Shown in pieces: positions 9,783 to 19,368 of a stretch of 32,000 bases of DNA. The number at the start of each line of letters is the position of its first letter. The stretch's first letter is position 1. The notes beneath the pieces were generated by a model. The model did not search any database and was not told the DNA's origin. It saw only the letters and a program-made list of their open reading frames with translations. The stretch is taken from the NCBI RefSeq assembly GCF_040203335.1, contig NZ_JBEHBV010000001.1:519885-551884 (forward strand). Direction: 5' to 3'. This stretch comes from Pedobacter sp. ASV1-7 (GTDB lineage Bacteria; Bacteroidota; Bacteroidia; Sphingobacteriales; Sphingobacteriaceae). The position numbers and the translations under genes were made by a program.

Positions 9783-11390
9783 ATGCTAAAAATAAGTTGT
9801 TTCCTCTCCGTCTTCTTTTTTTGTACTATCTGTTTTGGTGCCCCTGATTTAGAGTTTGAAGGACTTAATAAACAGGATTCAATAATAGAGAAAATAAGCG
9901 TTTTAACTAAAACAGCTAAAAAGCTAAATAGGGATGCTACAAATCAGGCCATCGCTTATGCCTATAAAGCATACCTGATGGCCTATGAAAATAAACTTAA
10001 AACACAACAGGCGGAAGCTCTGGTTGTTTTGGCTGAAGGGTATTTATACAATGATATTTATGAGCTCGCTCTTGAGTATGGTTTCAATGCATTAGAAATC
10101 TATAAAGGAAAAGGTACAATAGAACAGATCGGAGCAACTTATACTGTTCTTGGTTGGACGTATTACGATGTAGGAAATGCTGAGCTTTCTTTAAAATACC
10201 ATACCATGGCTTATAATTTATACAAAAAGGCCGGGTATGAAGAGAAAGCATCTGTTTCTTTAAATGGAATAGGGTTAACCTATCAGCTGATGAATGAGTT
10301 TAAGAAAGCTGCTGAATATTTTAACCAGGTTCTGGCTCTTGCAAAAAAATACAATAAAGAAGCATTGATTAGTGCTGCTTATAACAATCTTGGAATTAGC
10401 AGTAACAATGCTAGTGATTATAAGCAGGCTATTCAATATTTTCAGCTGGCACTGAAGCATTCAACAAAGGAGCTACTTTCACTCGCAGAAATACAAAATC
10501 AAATGGCTTACTCCCTTCTAAGACTTGGCCGTTATCAGGATGCCGAAGCCTCCCTTAATAAGGCATTTGTATATATCGAAAGGTCAACTTCCAATTCTAA
10601 AAAGGAAAATTTATTAGACTATTATAAAATATTCTCCCAACTATATCAGGTTAGGGGTGATTATAAACATGCTTATGAATATATTCAGAAATACAACAGC
10701 GTAAGGGAAGATCTTTTATCCCAAAATAAGATCAATGCATTACTGACGCTTACCATGAAGCGGGAAACCCAGGAGAAGGAACAACAAATAAAAGAATTAA
10801 ACCTGGAAAAGAGTTTAAAATCATATCAGCGTAATACTTTAGGCATCATTGTAGTCTTGTTGGTTATCATAGGTTTCCTTCTCTATAATAAACTCCGCAG
10901 CAGACAAAGGAAGAATGCTGAGTTGGCAGAAATGAAACAGCAGTTGTTGAGCAATAAACTGGAGTTTAATCATGGCGAATTAAAAAATTACTCCATGTAT
11001 ATGACGCATAAGAATGAAGTCATCAGTAATTTTATAGAAGAACTAATTGTACTTGAAAAAAGCGGTGGAGAAGATCTTATACCACGTTTACATAAACTGG
11101 TCAATAAATTTCGATACGACATGAACAGTGAAAAATATATTGAGGATTTCAATTTACAGATCGAAACCAAGTATCAGGATTTCTTCTATAACCTTCAGCA
11201 AAAGTTCCCAAAGCTTACCCAAAATGAGAGACGATTATGTGCGCAGATCAGACTTAACTTATCTATAAAAGAAATCGCCTCATTAAATAATATTTCTGAT
11301 AAGTCTGTAGAGATGGCCCGTTATCGATTAAGAAAGCATTTTGAGTTGTCGACTAATGACAGCCTCAATGATTTTCTAAAAGCCTTTTAA
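9783..11390 (+). CDS. Membrane-anchored one-component regulator: periplasmic TPR sensor, single TM helix, cytoplasmic LuxR/GerE-type HTH
   Basis: N-terminal signal MLKISCFLSVFFFCTICFG. TPR-like repeats follow (AEGYLYNDIYELALEYGFNALEIY, YNNLGISSNNASDYKQAIQYFQLAL and others). Then come a coiled coil, a TM helix LGIIVVLLVIIGFLLY, and a C-terminal HTH LTQNERRLCAQIRLNLSIKEIASLNNISDKSVEMARYRLRKHF. Confidence 0.8.
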   Translation: MLKISCFLSVFFFCTICFGAPDLEFEGLNKQDSIIEKISVLTKTAKKLNRDATNQAIAYAYKAYLMAYENKLKTQQAEALVVLAEGYLYNDIYELALEYGFNALEIYKGKGTIEQIGATYTVLGWTYYDVGNAELSLKYHTMAYNLYKKAGYEEKASVSLNGIGLTYQLMNEFKKAAEYFNQVLALAKKYNKEALISAAYNNLGISSNNASDYKQAIQYFQLALKHSTKELLSLAEIQNQMAYSLLRLGRYQDAEASLNKAFVYIERSTSNSKKENLLDYYKIFSQLYQVRGDYKHAYEYIQKYNSVREDLLSQNKINALLTLTMKRETQEKEQQIKELNLEKSLKSYQRNTLGIIVVLLVIIGFLLYNKLRSRQRKNAELAEMKQQLLSNKLEFNHGELKNYSMYMTHKNEVISNFIEELIVLEKSGGEDLIPRLHKLVNKFRYDMNSEKYIEDFNLQIETKYQDFFYNLQQKFPKLTQNERRLCAQIRLNLSIKEIASLNNISDKSVEMARYRLRKHFELSTNDSLNDFLKAF

Positions 11391-11418
11391 GTAATGATGA
11401 GGCTGTTTGTAGAGGTGG

Positions 11419-11450
11419 TGTAGGGGTAAATTTCATCTGATGTAGGGGTA
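11419..11450 (+). promoter_or_regulatory. Direct repeat TGTAGGGGTA x2 (22-bp spacing) upstream of PUL-2 susC; candidate regulator binding site
   Basis: Exact 10-mers at 11419-11428 and 11441-11450. They lie 30-60 bp upstream of a perfect TAnnTTTG box. Confidence 0.35.
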
Positions 11451-11480
11451 GCTGAAATAGTTTTTATCATAGGTTAATAT

Positions 11481-11488
11481 TAGGTTTG
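11481..11488 (+). promoter_or_regulatory. Bacteroidota -7 promoter box (TAGGTTTG) for PUL-2 susC
   Basis: An exact match to the TAnnTTTG consensus, 54 nt upstream of ATG 11542. No clear -33 TTTG was seen. Confidence 0.4.
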
Positions 11489-11541
11489 AGTAACCAACCA
11501 GATCGCCAGGTCTGAAATTAATCAACTTTAAACCAAATATT

Positions 11542-14500
11542 ATGATTAAAAATTTACGATGGCCAATTCACTTTCTTTTTGGACTGCTTCTTTTGTTCAT
11601 TACAAGCGAAACCCTGGCTCAGAATAATCAGGTCAAAGGGCAGGTATTAAATGAGATAGATCAGCCAATGGCCGGCATCAATATTAAAGTAAAAGGAGGT
11701 ATAACCTCTACAGTGTCTGATGCCTCAGGACATTTTGTAATAAAAGCTTCAGCAAATGATGTTCTTGTTTTTTCAGCCATTGGTTTTAAAACTCAGGAGA
11801 TAATTGTTAGCCCGGGTAAAGACATTAAGGTAAACTTATTGATGGATATGCAGGGGCTGGAAGAAGTGGTTGTTATTGGTTATGGCACTCAGAAGAGGAG
11901 CAATTTAACCAGTGCTGTAACCTCGGTGAGTGGCGAGAAACTAAATGAAGTTGCATCAAGCAATCCTGTTAATGCATTGCAGGGAAGAGTTGCAGGACTA
12001 TCAGTGAGTAGTCCTGGCGGAAATCCAGGTCAGTCATCGGACGTACGATTAAGAGGTATAGGAACATTTGGTTCTCATCAGCCTTTGTATATCATTGATG
12101 GTGTGCCAGGTGATCCATATTATCTGAGTAGCAATGATGTGGCTTCTGTAGAAGTCCTGAAAGATGGTGCTGCTGCATCTATCTATGGATCAAATAGCGC
12201 CAATGGTGTCATTCTGATCACCACTAAAAGGGGAGCAAAGGGAGCGCCTGTAATCGACTTCTCTGCCGCTTACAGTTCTGTTACGCCTACTGGTAAGTAC
12301 AATTTCTTAGATGCCGATGGGTACAAAAAGCTCCATAACATGATGTATACAAATGCTGATGTGGATCCAGCTACTTTTCCTGAATATATTACAAAAAGCA
12401 GTACTGTCAATACCAATTGGCAGGATCTGATCAATAGGAAAGGCATTTCACAGAACTATAATATAGGATTAAGTGGTGGTGGAGATTATCTGACATATGC
12501 ATTAACCGGCGACCTCACCGACGATAAAGGCACTTTTATTGGTTCCAACTTTAATAAAAAATCAATAAAGTCAAGAAACGATTTCACTAAAGGGATCCTT
12601 AAAGTAAGTAGTAATATCGTCTACACAGAAACAATTACTGAAGCAGCTAAATTTAATCTGAAAGATAGTTACTTTCAATCGCCACTATTACCGGTTTTTG
12701 ATGCCAGTGAAAAATATGGGTATGCATTAACAATAGATGGTTTGCCTAAATTTCAAAATCCTATAGGAACAGACCATTTCATGGATGCAGATTCCAGAAC
12801 AAGGTACTTGTCCGGAAATATCAGCATTAACCTTAAACTTTATAAAGGATTAAGCTATACAAGTAACTTAAGCTATATCAATGCTCAAACAGATGATTAT
12901 CAGCATAATCCTCCGTTTAGGTCTAATGCAAATGATCCTCTGATAGCGTATCCTTACGTATATAACCGCAGCTCTAATTACAAAGAGCGCTTAATGGAAC
13001 ATTTATTAAACTATGATCTGAATATTGATAAACATAGCATTAAACTACTTGCAGGCTATACTGCACAAGAAAAAACCAATCGGTTTTTAAGTGCATCTGT
13101 AGATGGGAAGACGATTATCAGGACGGTTGTAAACGGTAAGCTAGTTGAGACAGAAGTGCCAGGAGGTTTTGCCAATCCAGATTTCAACACCATTAGAGCT
13201 GGTTTAGGGGGTACTTTCAATGCAGATGGCTCAAATAATAAATATGTACGTTTGTCTACATTGGCCAGGTTAAATTATGCTTATGATGACAAATACTTAT
13301 TACAGGTTTCAGTTCGTCGCGACGGTTCCTCAGTATTTGGTGAAGATAGAAGATATGGGGTCTTTCCTTCTGTATCTGTTGGCTGGAACATACACAGGGA
13401 AAACTTCTTAAAAGACGTAAACTGGCTTAGTAACCTGAAAATCAGAGCAAGTTATGGAGAGCTGGGTAATGAAGGTGCTTTAGGTTATTATGACCACCAG
13501 GCATTGATAAAAACTGTTAATAACTGGAGTGGTGGCTATGTACAGGGGACAGGGGCTACTCCATGGCCGGGTTCAGCTAGTTACACATTGTTAAACCGGG
13601 ATTTGCAGTGGGAAACCATAAAGTCTAAAAACCTTGGTCTTGACTTCGGATTGTTCGGAGGCTCAGTATCGGGAGCTTTAAATTATTTTGAGAATATTAC
13701 CGATGGTCTTTTGATTACTAAGGAGGTTCCACCTTCAGCAGGTTTAGAAGATCCTATTCTGAACGTAGGAAAGATTTCAAATAAAGGTCTGGAACTTGAA
13801 GCAAACTATAAATTTAACCGCAATGACTGGCGTTTCGATTTAGGTGGTGCTTTTAGCCTGTTAAAAAACAAGGTCGTTAGTCTGGCCAATCCGAATCAGG
13901 TGCTTTTTGGTACGGGGTTAAGATTTGGAACCGATCATATTCCTACCCAAACTATGGTTGGGAAAGAGATTGGTGCATTTTACTTGTATGAAGCTGATGG
14001 ATTGTTCCAGACAGATGCCGAAGCTGCTAATTATAAAAATGCAGCAGGAGATGCATTGCAACCAGAAGCTCGTGCAGGTGATGTGCGTTTCAGAGATGCA
14101 AATGGAGATGGTGTAATAGATGAAGATGACAAAACATATCAGGGATCTGGTTTTGCTAAATATGAATACAGCTTAAATATGGGGGTTTCATTTAAGAACT
14201 TTGATTTGTCTCTTTTCTGGCAAGGTGTGGGGGGAAATAAACTTTATAACGGAAATCGCTTTGAACTGGAAGGAATGGATGCCGGAAGAAACTTTTTAAC
14301 CAGTACGTTATCAGCATGGACTCCACAAAATACCGGGACCGATATGCCACGTGCGGTGCTCGGAGATCCCAACAGAAATGCACGAGAGTCCACAAGGTTT
14401 CTGGAAAGTGGAGCTTATTTAAGATTAAAACTTGTTCAGCTAGGTTATACCATCCCTCAGGATGTATTAAAGAAAATCAAGGTTTCAAAGTTGAGGGTTT

Positions 14501-14649
14501 ATCTAAGCGGACAAAACCTGCTTACCCTTACTAAGTACTCAGGACTTGATCCTGAAGTTGGAACCTTTAGTGCTCTGGATACAGGGGTAGACCGGATGTT
14601 GTACCCGCAAAATAAGCGAGTACTGGCGGGTGTTCAATTGACATTTTAA
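11542..14649 (+). CDS. SusC/RagA-family TonB-dependent transporter (no STN domain)
   Basis: Signal LLLLFITSETLAQ. Domains seen: CarboxypepD_reg (VKGQVLNEIDQPMAGINIKVKGG...SGHFVI) and a plug (EEVVVIGYG, VLKDGAAASIYGSNSANGVILITTKRG). The barrel ends in the sequence AGVQLTF. Confidence 0.9.
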   Translation: MIKNLRWPIHFLFGLLLLFITSETLAQNNQVKGQVLNEIDQPMAGINIKVKGGITSTVSDASGHFVIKASANDVLVFSAIGFKTQEIIVSPGKDIKVNLLMDMQGLEEVVVIGYGTQKRSNLTSAVTSVSGEKLNEVASSNPVNALQGRVAGLSVSSPGGNPGQSSDVRLRGIGTFGSHQPLYIIDGVPGDPYYLSSNDVASVEVLKDGAAASIYGSNSANGVILITTKRGAKGAPVIDFSAAYSSVTPTGKYNFLDADGYKKLHNMMYTNADVDPATFPEYITKSSTVNTNWQDLINRKGISQNYNIGLSGGGDYLTYALTGDLTDDKGTFIGSNFNKKSIKSRNDFTKGILKVSSNIVYTETITEAAKFNLKDSYFQSPLLPVFDASEKYGYALTIDGLPKFQNPIGTDHFMDADSRTRYLSGNISINLKLYKGLSYTSNLSYINAQTDDYQHNPPFRSNANDPLIAYPYVYNRSSNYKERLMEHLLNYDLNIDKHSIKLLAGYTAQEKTNRFLSASVDGKTIIRTVVNGKLVETEVPGGFANPDFNTIRAGLGGTFNADGSNNKYVRLSTLARLNYAYDDKYLLQVSVRRDGSSVFGEDRRYGVFPSVSVGWNIHRENFLKDVNWLSNLKIRASYGELGNEGALGYYDHQALIKTVNNWSGGYVQGTGATPWPGSASYTLLNRDLQWETIKSKNLGLDFGLFGGSVSGALNYFENITDGLLITKEVPPSAGLEDPILNVGKISNKGLELEANYKFNRNDWRFDLGGAFSLLKNKVVSLANPNQVLFGTGLRFGTDHIPTQTMVGKEIGAFYLYEADGLFQTDAEAANYKNAAGDALQPEARAGDVRFRDANGDGVIDEDDKTYQGSGFAKYEYSLNMGVSFKNFDLSLFWQGVGGNKLYNGNRFELEGMDAGRNFLTSTLSAWTPQNTGTDMPRAVLGDPNRNARESTRFLESGAYLRLKLVQLGYTIPQDVLKKIKVSKLRVYLSGQNLLTLTKYSGLDPEVGTFSALDTGVDRMLYPQNKRVLAGVQLTF

Positions 14650-14667
14650 TCCAACAATTTTCTAAAG

Positions 14668-16188
14668 ATGAAAGCAAATAAACTATATATAGGAATATAC
14701 ATCGTATTGCTTGCAGTTGCAGGATGTAAGAAAAGTGAACTGGACCAGCAGGTTCCGGATCAGTTAACTGTAGATAATTTCTGGACTAATAAAGATCGCG
14801 CCCTTTCCGGATTGGCCGCAGCCTATTCACAACTGGAAGGTTTTGTTGGCTGGGATAATTATGTTGAAGCTCGTTCTGTACGAGAATTTTACCGGGAAGA
14901 TTATGTTGTCCCGGGGGCAGATGCTTTTAATTACCCATGGTGGACAGAGCATTATAATTTTGATTTTACATCAGGGAATTATGCAATTGACCTACTATGG
15001 AGAGAGAATTATAAAGGCATCAACTTCTCAAATCAAGTAATTGAGAATGTTGGTAAAATGGACAATGCTGTGATTGATGACGTTAGTAAAAAGCAAATCA
15101 TTGCAGAGGCTAAATTTTTAAGAGCTTATTATCATTTTAAATTGCTCAATAACTTTAATCAGGTTATCATCAGGGATAAAGTTCCTACATCTGATGCAGA
15201 TCTTGCTAAACCATTTTCATCACGTGCAGATGTCTATGAATTTATATTAAAAGACCTGAAAGAGGCTGAGCCTGATCTTCCGTTACGTTCTGAACGAGCA
15301 GGAGCAGAGCTTGGCCGCGTTACCAAAGGCGCTGCTCAGGGTTATTTAGGTAAGGTATACCTTTACCGTGCAGGTGATGATAAAACCGGTGCTGCTGCTT
15401 ATTATACTGAAGCGGGGAACTGGTTAAATAAAGTAATCATTTCAAAAGAATACAAGTTAGATCCTGATTTTGGAAATATGTTTAACGGAGTTACCCGAAA
15501 TAGTATTGAATCGGTGTTTGAACTCCAGCAAACAGCTGATGCAACCAGTGGTGCCGTTTACCGTTCATACCTGAGCGATTGGGTTGCGGCATCTGAGCTT
15601 GGTGGGTATGGTGAAATTTATGGTACACCTCGTTTGCTTACAGAATTGCTTAAAGAAGGTAAAATCGCAAATGGAACTTATGATAAGAGAGTTTACCAGA
15701 GCATTTATTTTAACGATCCTTATTTTAACGATGCCGCAAGTCCTCAGGTTTATGGAAGTACTTACAACGCTGTATTTGGTGCAGCTGCACAGACCATTGC
15801 ATTCAGAAAATGGATTCCGGCAACCCCCGATCGCATTGGTACTTCAAACGCCATAAACTTTCCTTTAATGCGCTATGCTGATGTATTGTTAATGTATGCA
15901 GAAGTATTGAACGAACAGGGAAGTAGCAATGCCATGACACACGTTAATGAAGTTCGTAACAGAGCAGATTTGCCAGATGGAGTGGGCGGAAATAAACAGG
16001 CCGTATTTGATCAGATTGTTCATGAAAGAGTGATGGAATTTACACTTGAAGGAAGCCGGTTTTATGACTTAAGACGTTGGGGTATGCTTGGACAAGCAAT
16101 GCAGACCGCAGGTCGTAGGTTTACTCTTGATAAAGCTTTTTATCCAACGCCACTTAAGGAAGTGAATAACAATTCACAAGTACATTAA
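14668..16188 (+). CDS. SusD/RagB-family nutrient-binding lipoprotein
   Basis: It starts 18 nt after susC. Lipobox LLAVAGC. SusD hallmarks: RAYYHFKLLNNFNQVII, LMRYADVLLMYAEVLNE, ERVMEFTLEGSRFYDLRRWG. Confidence 0.9.
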   Translation: MKANKLYIGIYIVLLAVAGCKKSELDQQVPDQLTVDNFWTNKDRALSGLAAAYSQLEGFVGWDNYVEARSVREFYREDYVVPGADAFNYPWWTEHYNFDFTSGNYAIDLLWRENYKGINFSNQVIENVGKMDNAVIDDVSKKQIIAEAKFLRAYYHFKLLNNFNQVIIRDKVPTSDADLAKPFSSRADVYEFILKDLKEAEPDLPLRSERAGAELGRVTKGAAQGYLGKVYLYRAGDDKTGAAAYYTEAGNWLNKVIISKEYKLDPDFGNMFNGVTRNSIESVFELQQTADATSGAVYRSYLSDWVAASELGGYGEIYGTPRLLTELLKEGKIANGTYDKRVYQSIYFNDPYFNDAASPQVYGSTYNAVFGAAAQTIAFRKWIPATPDRIGTSNAINFPLMRYADVLLMYAEVLNEQGSSNAMTHVNEVRNRADLPDGVGGNKQAVFDQIVHERVMEFTLEGSRFYDLRRWGMLGQAMQTAGRRFTLDKAFYPTPLKEVNNNSQVH

Positions 16189-16202
16189 TTATTCTCGTAA
16201 CC

Positions 16203-16252
16203 AGAGTTGTATCATTAATTCAGTTTTATACTGAGTTTCTGATACAACCTCT
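16203..16252 (+). other. Extended imperfect RNA hairpin in the susD-GH2 gap (candidate attenuator, processing or stability element)
   Basis: The outer stem AGAGTTGTATCA (16203-16214) pairs with TGATACAAC(C)TCT (16240-16252), with one bulge. The inner stem is TCAGT (16220-16224) paired with ACTGA (16230-16234). No U-tract follows. Confidence 0.35.
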
Positions 16253-16266
16253 ATTATCATTTGCTG

Positions 16267-19200
16267 ATGAATTTTTATCAAAATTTCCGAACCCTTATCT
16301 GTTGTTTTTTATTTGCTCCTCAGTTTTTAATGGCGCAACAAAATGATTGGGAAAATCCATACAAGCCCTCTTTTAATACTGCTCCGGCACATGCTTACTT
16401 TATTCCAAAGGAAGCTTCTAAAATGTCTCTGGATGGGATCTGGAGGTTCAAAATTGTACAGAATCCTTCATTAAGACCATTAGATTTTTTTAAAAATACT
16501 GCGCAAACGAAGGACTGGACACAAATAAAAGTACCTGCAAACTGGCAAACGGAAGGTTTTGATAAATATATTTTTACCGATGTAGAATATCCAATTCCGG
16601 TTAATCCACCATTTGTTCCTAAAGACTACAATCCGGTGGGTTCTTATCAGCGGGATTTTATATTGGATACTTCATGGAAGGGTAAACAGGTAATTATACA
16701 TCTTGGTGCTGTTAACTCTTTTTTTTATCTATGGATTAACGGACAATTCATGGGTTTTAGTAAAGATAGCAAAACGCCAACGGAGTTCGATATCACAAAA
16801 GCCTTAAAAGTGGGGCAGAATAATGTATCTATCCAGGTATTTCGCTTTAGCGATGCAACATATCTTGAAGGTCAGGATATGTGGAAATTGAGCGGAATAG
16901 AGCGGAGTGTTTACCTCATTGCAAGGCCGGTTTTTCATCTTGCAGATTTTAAAGTACAAGGTAGTCTGAATGCCGACTTTAAAAATGGTCTGTTCGAACT
17001 GAATACCGTATTCAATAAAATTCCAAAGAACAAAGCCGATAGAGGAAAGTTAAAAGTTCAACTTACCGACAATTCCGGAAGGGTTGTCTTTCAATCTGAT
17101 CAGCAGATAAAAACGGAACAGAGGCTTAATTTTAAAGCAGAAATTCCGGAGATAAAAGTATGGAATGCTGAACATCCCAATCTTTATCAATTGATCATTA
17201 CCCATCTGGATCAGAAGAATAATACAATCGAGACTATTGTTCACCCTATGGGATTCAGGAAAGTCGAGGTTAAAGGCGGACTGTTTCTGGTTAATGGTGT
17301 TCCCATTAAAATAAAGGGTGTAAACCGGCATGAACATAACATGATAACAGGAAAAGTAATAACTGAGGCTGATATGTTACAAGACATCCGCCTCATGAAG
17401 GAGTTGAATATCAATGCAGTTCGTACCAGTCATTATCCCAATTCTGAGCGTTGGTATTCCTTGTGTGATCAGTATGGTTTATATGTGGTAGACGAAGCAA
17501 ATATTGAATGTGATGGAATGAGTTTTACACCACAAAAAACCTTGTCAGATAAGCCTGAATGGAAAAATGCATACCTGGATAGGGTACAGCGAATGTATGA
17601 AAGAGATAAAAACTTTACTAGTATTATTACCTGGTCTACCGGCAATGAAAGTGGCTTTGGCGACAACCTGAAAGACTGTTATACCTGGCTAAAAACACAG
17701 GATAACAGCAGACCCGTTCAATATGAGGCGGCAAAGGATGAGCGGTATTCAGATATTTTCTGTCCCATGTATAAATCCATCAGCGTAATGGAAAATTATG
17801 TAAAAACGTGGCGTAACCGACCACTTATTCAATGCGAATATGCACACATGATGGGTAATAGTGGTGGTAACCTGAAAGACGATTGGGATCTGATCTATAA
17901 ATACCCCCAGTTACAGGGTGGCTTTATCTGGGATTTTTCTGATCAGACTTTTGCAATAAAGGATAAAAAGGGGAACAAAATCTGGGGGTTTGGCAGGGAT
18001 ATGGGAATTGTTGGGCTGACCAGTGATACCAGTTTTTGCGCAGATGGACTGTTAGCTGCCGACCGTAGTTTTCATCCCCAGGCATATGAATTGCAAAAGG
18101 TATATCAAAATGTGGCTTTTGAAGCAGTTGACCTGGATAAATACCTGTTTAATATTAAGAACAGATTTGATTTTACCGATCTGTCTGATTATAAGTTATA
18201 TTGGACTATAAAGGGAAATGCTGAAATTGTTGCACAGGGGGAAGTTAGTAAGTTAGCAGTGTTACCCGGAAAAGAAAAGAAAGTAAGGTTACAGGTTTCC
18301 TCTTTTAAATCTGAAGTGGAGGTGGAATACTTTATCAATCTGGAATTCCGCAGTAGAAAGGCAACCCAGCTTTTACCCGCAGGTTTTGTGATTGCTAAAG
18401 AACAGTTTAAACTGTCTGCACCGAAAATACTAGAAAAGAAGAAAGAGATTGCCTATGTCAAACCAACACTAAAAAAGACCGGGCAGGAGCTTCAGTTTAA
18501 GGGTGAAAACTTTGCAGTTGGTTTTAATGTGCAGACCGGATTGATGAATAGCTACCAGGTTGAAGGAAAAGAGATTGTGCAAAAAGCTTTGGAGCCTCAT
18601 TTCTGGAGAGCAGCAACAGATAATGATATAGGAAATAGCCTTCAAATCAGAAGTGCAGTGTGGAAGGATACATTTCAAAAATCAGTATTAAAAACATTTA
18701 GTTACAGTATCAAAGTTGATGACTACCTGGTTGAAACTTCACATGCATTGCCAACAGTAGATGCAACATGTAACATCAATTATCTTGTAAAAGGGAATGG
18801 CGATATAGAAATCAGTTATCAATTAAAAACAGGGAAAGGAAACCATCCTGAACCACAAAGGATCGGCATGAGGGTTATTCTGAATGCAGATTATGAGAAT
18901 GCTGCCTGGTTGGGCCGTGGTCCATTTGACAATTATAATGACCGGAATTATGCATCAGATATTGATCTGTATAAGATGAAGGCAGATCAATTGTTTTATC
19001 CTTATCCACGTGCACAAGAAAGTGGTTATCGCACCGATGTTCGTTGGGTTGCATTAAGAGACAAGGTCGGGGCAGGGTTGATTGCCATTGCGCAATCAAA
19101 GCTAAGTACAGGAATATTACATTTTGATATGAAGAACCTTGATTTCGATAGAGATGCCAAAGAAAATATTCATGGCGGATCGATGATTAATGAAGAGCTG

Positions 19201-19365
19201 ATCTGGTGGAATATTGACCTGCAGCAGATGGGGGTTGGAGGTGACAACAGCTGGGGGGCACAAACGCATCTGCAATATCGCTTACCCTATCAGGATTATC
19301 AATATTCCTTTACGTTGCGCCCCATATTTAAACAAGAAGTTTTAACAGAGAAAACAAAGGAGTGA
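16267..19365 (+). CDS. GH2 beta-galactosidase, LacZ-type five-domain architecture, secreted to the periplasm
   Basis: The probable start is ATG 16267; the track uses TTG 16261. Signal FRTLICCFLFAPQFLMAQ. LacZ motifs: VNRHEHN, WSTGNESG (acid/base), CEYAHMMGNSGG (nucleophile), and domain 5 FWRAATDNDIG. Confidence 0.9.
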   Translation: MNFYQNFRTLICCFLFAPQFLMAQQNDWENPYKPSFNTAPAHAYFIPKEASKMSLDGIWRFKIVQNPSLRPLDFFKNTAQTKDWTQIKVPANWQTEGFDKYIFTDVEYPIPVNPPFVPKDYNPVGSYQRDFILDTSWKGKQVIIHLGAVNSFFYLWINGQFMGFSKDSKTPTEFDITKALKVGQNNVSIQVFRFSDATYLEGQDMWKLSGIERSVYLIARPVFHLADFKVQGSLNADFKNGLFELNTVFNKIPKNKADRGKLKVQLTDNSGRVVFQSDQQIKTEQRLNFKAEIPEIKVWNAEHPNLYQLIITHLDQKNNTIETIVHPMGFRKVEVKGGLFLVNGVPIKIKGVNRHEHNMITGKVITEADMLQDIRLMKELNINAVRTSHYPNSERWYSLCDQYGLYVVDEANIECDGMSFTPQKTLSDKPEWKNAYLDRVQRMYERDKNFTSIITWSTGNESGFGDNLKDCYTWLKTQDNSRPVQYEAAKDERYSDIFCPMYKSISVMENYVKTWRNRPLIQCEYAHMMGNSGGNLKDDWDLIYKYPQLQGGFIWDFSDQTFAIKDKKGNKIWGFGRDMGIVGLTSDTSFCADGLLAADRSFHPQAYELQKVYQNVAFEAVDLDKYLFNIKNRFDFTDLSDYKLYWTIKGNAEIVAQGEVSKLAVLPGKEKKVRLQVSSFKSEVEVEYFINLEFRSRKATQLLPAGFVIAKEQFKLSAPKILEKKKEIAYVKPTLKKTGQELQFKGENFAVGFNVQTGLMNSYQVEGKEIVQKALEPHFWRAATDNDIGNSLQIRSAVWKDTFQKSVLKTFSYSIKVDDYLVETSHALPTVDATCNINYLVKGNGDIEISYQLKTGKGNHPEPQRIGMRVILNADYENAAWLGRGPFDNYNDRNYASDIDLYKMKADQLFYPYPRAQESGYRTDVRWVALRDKVGAGLIAIAQSKLSTGILHFDMKNLDFDRDAKENIHGGSMINEELIWWNIDLQQMGVGGDNSWGAQTHLQYRLPYQDYQYSFTLRPIFKQEVLTEKTKE

Positions 19366-19368
19366 TAT

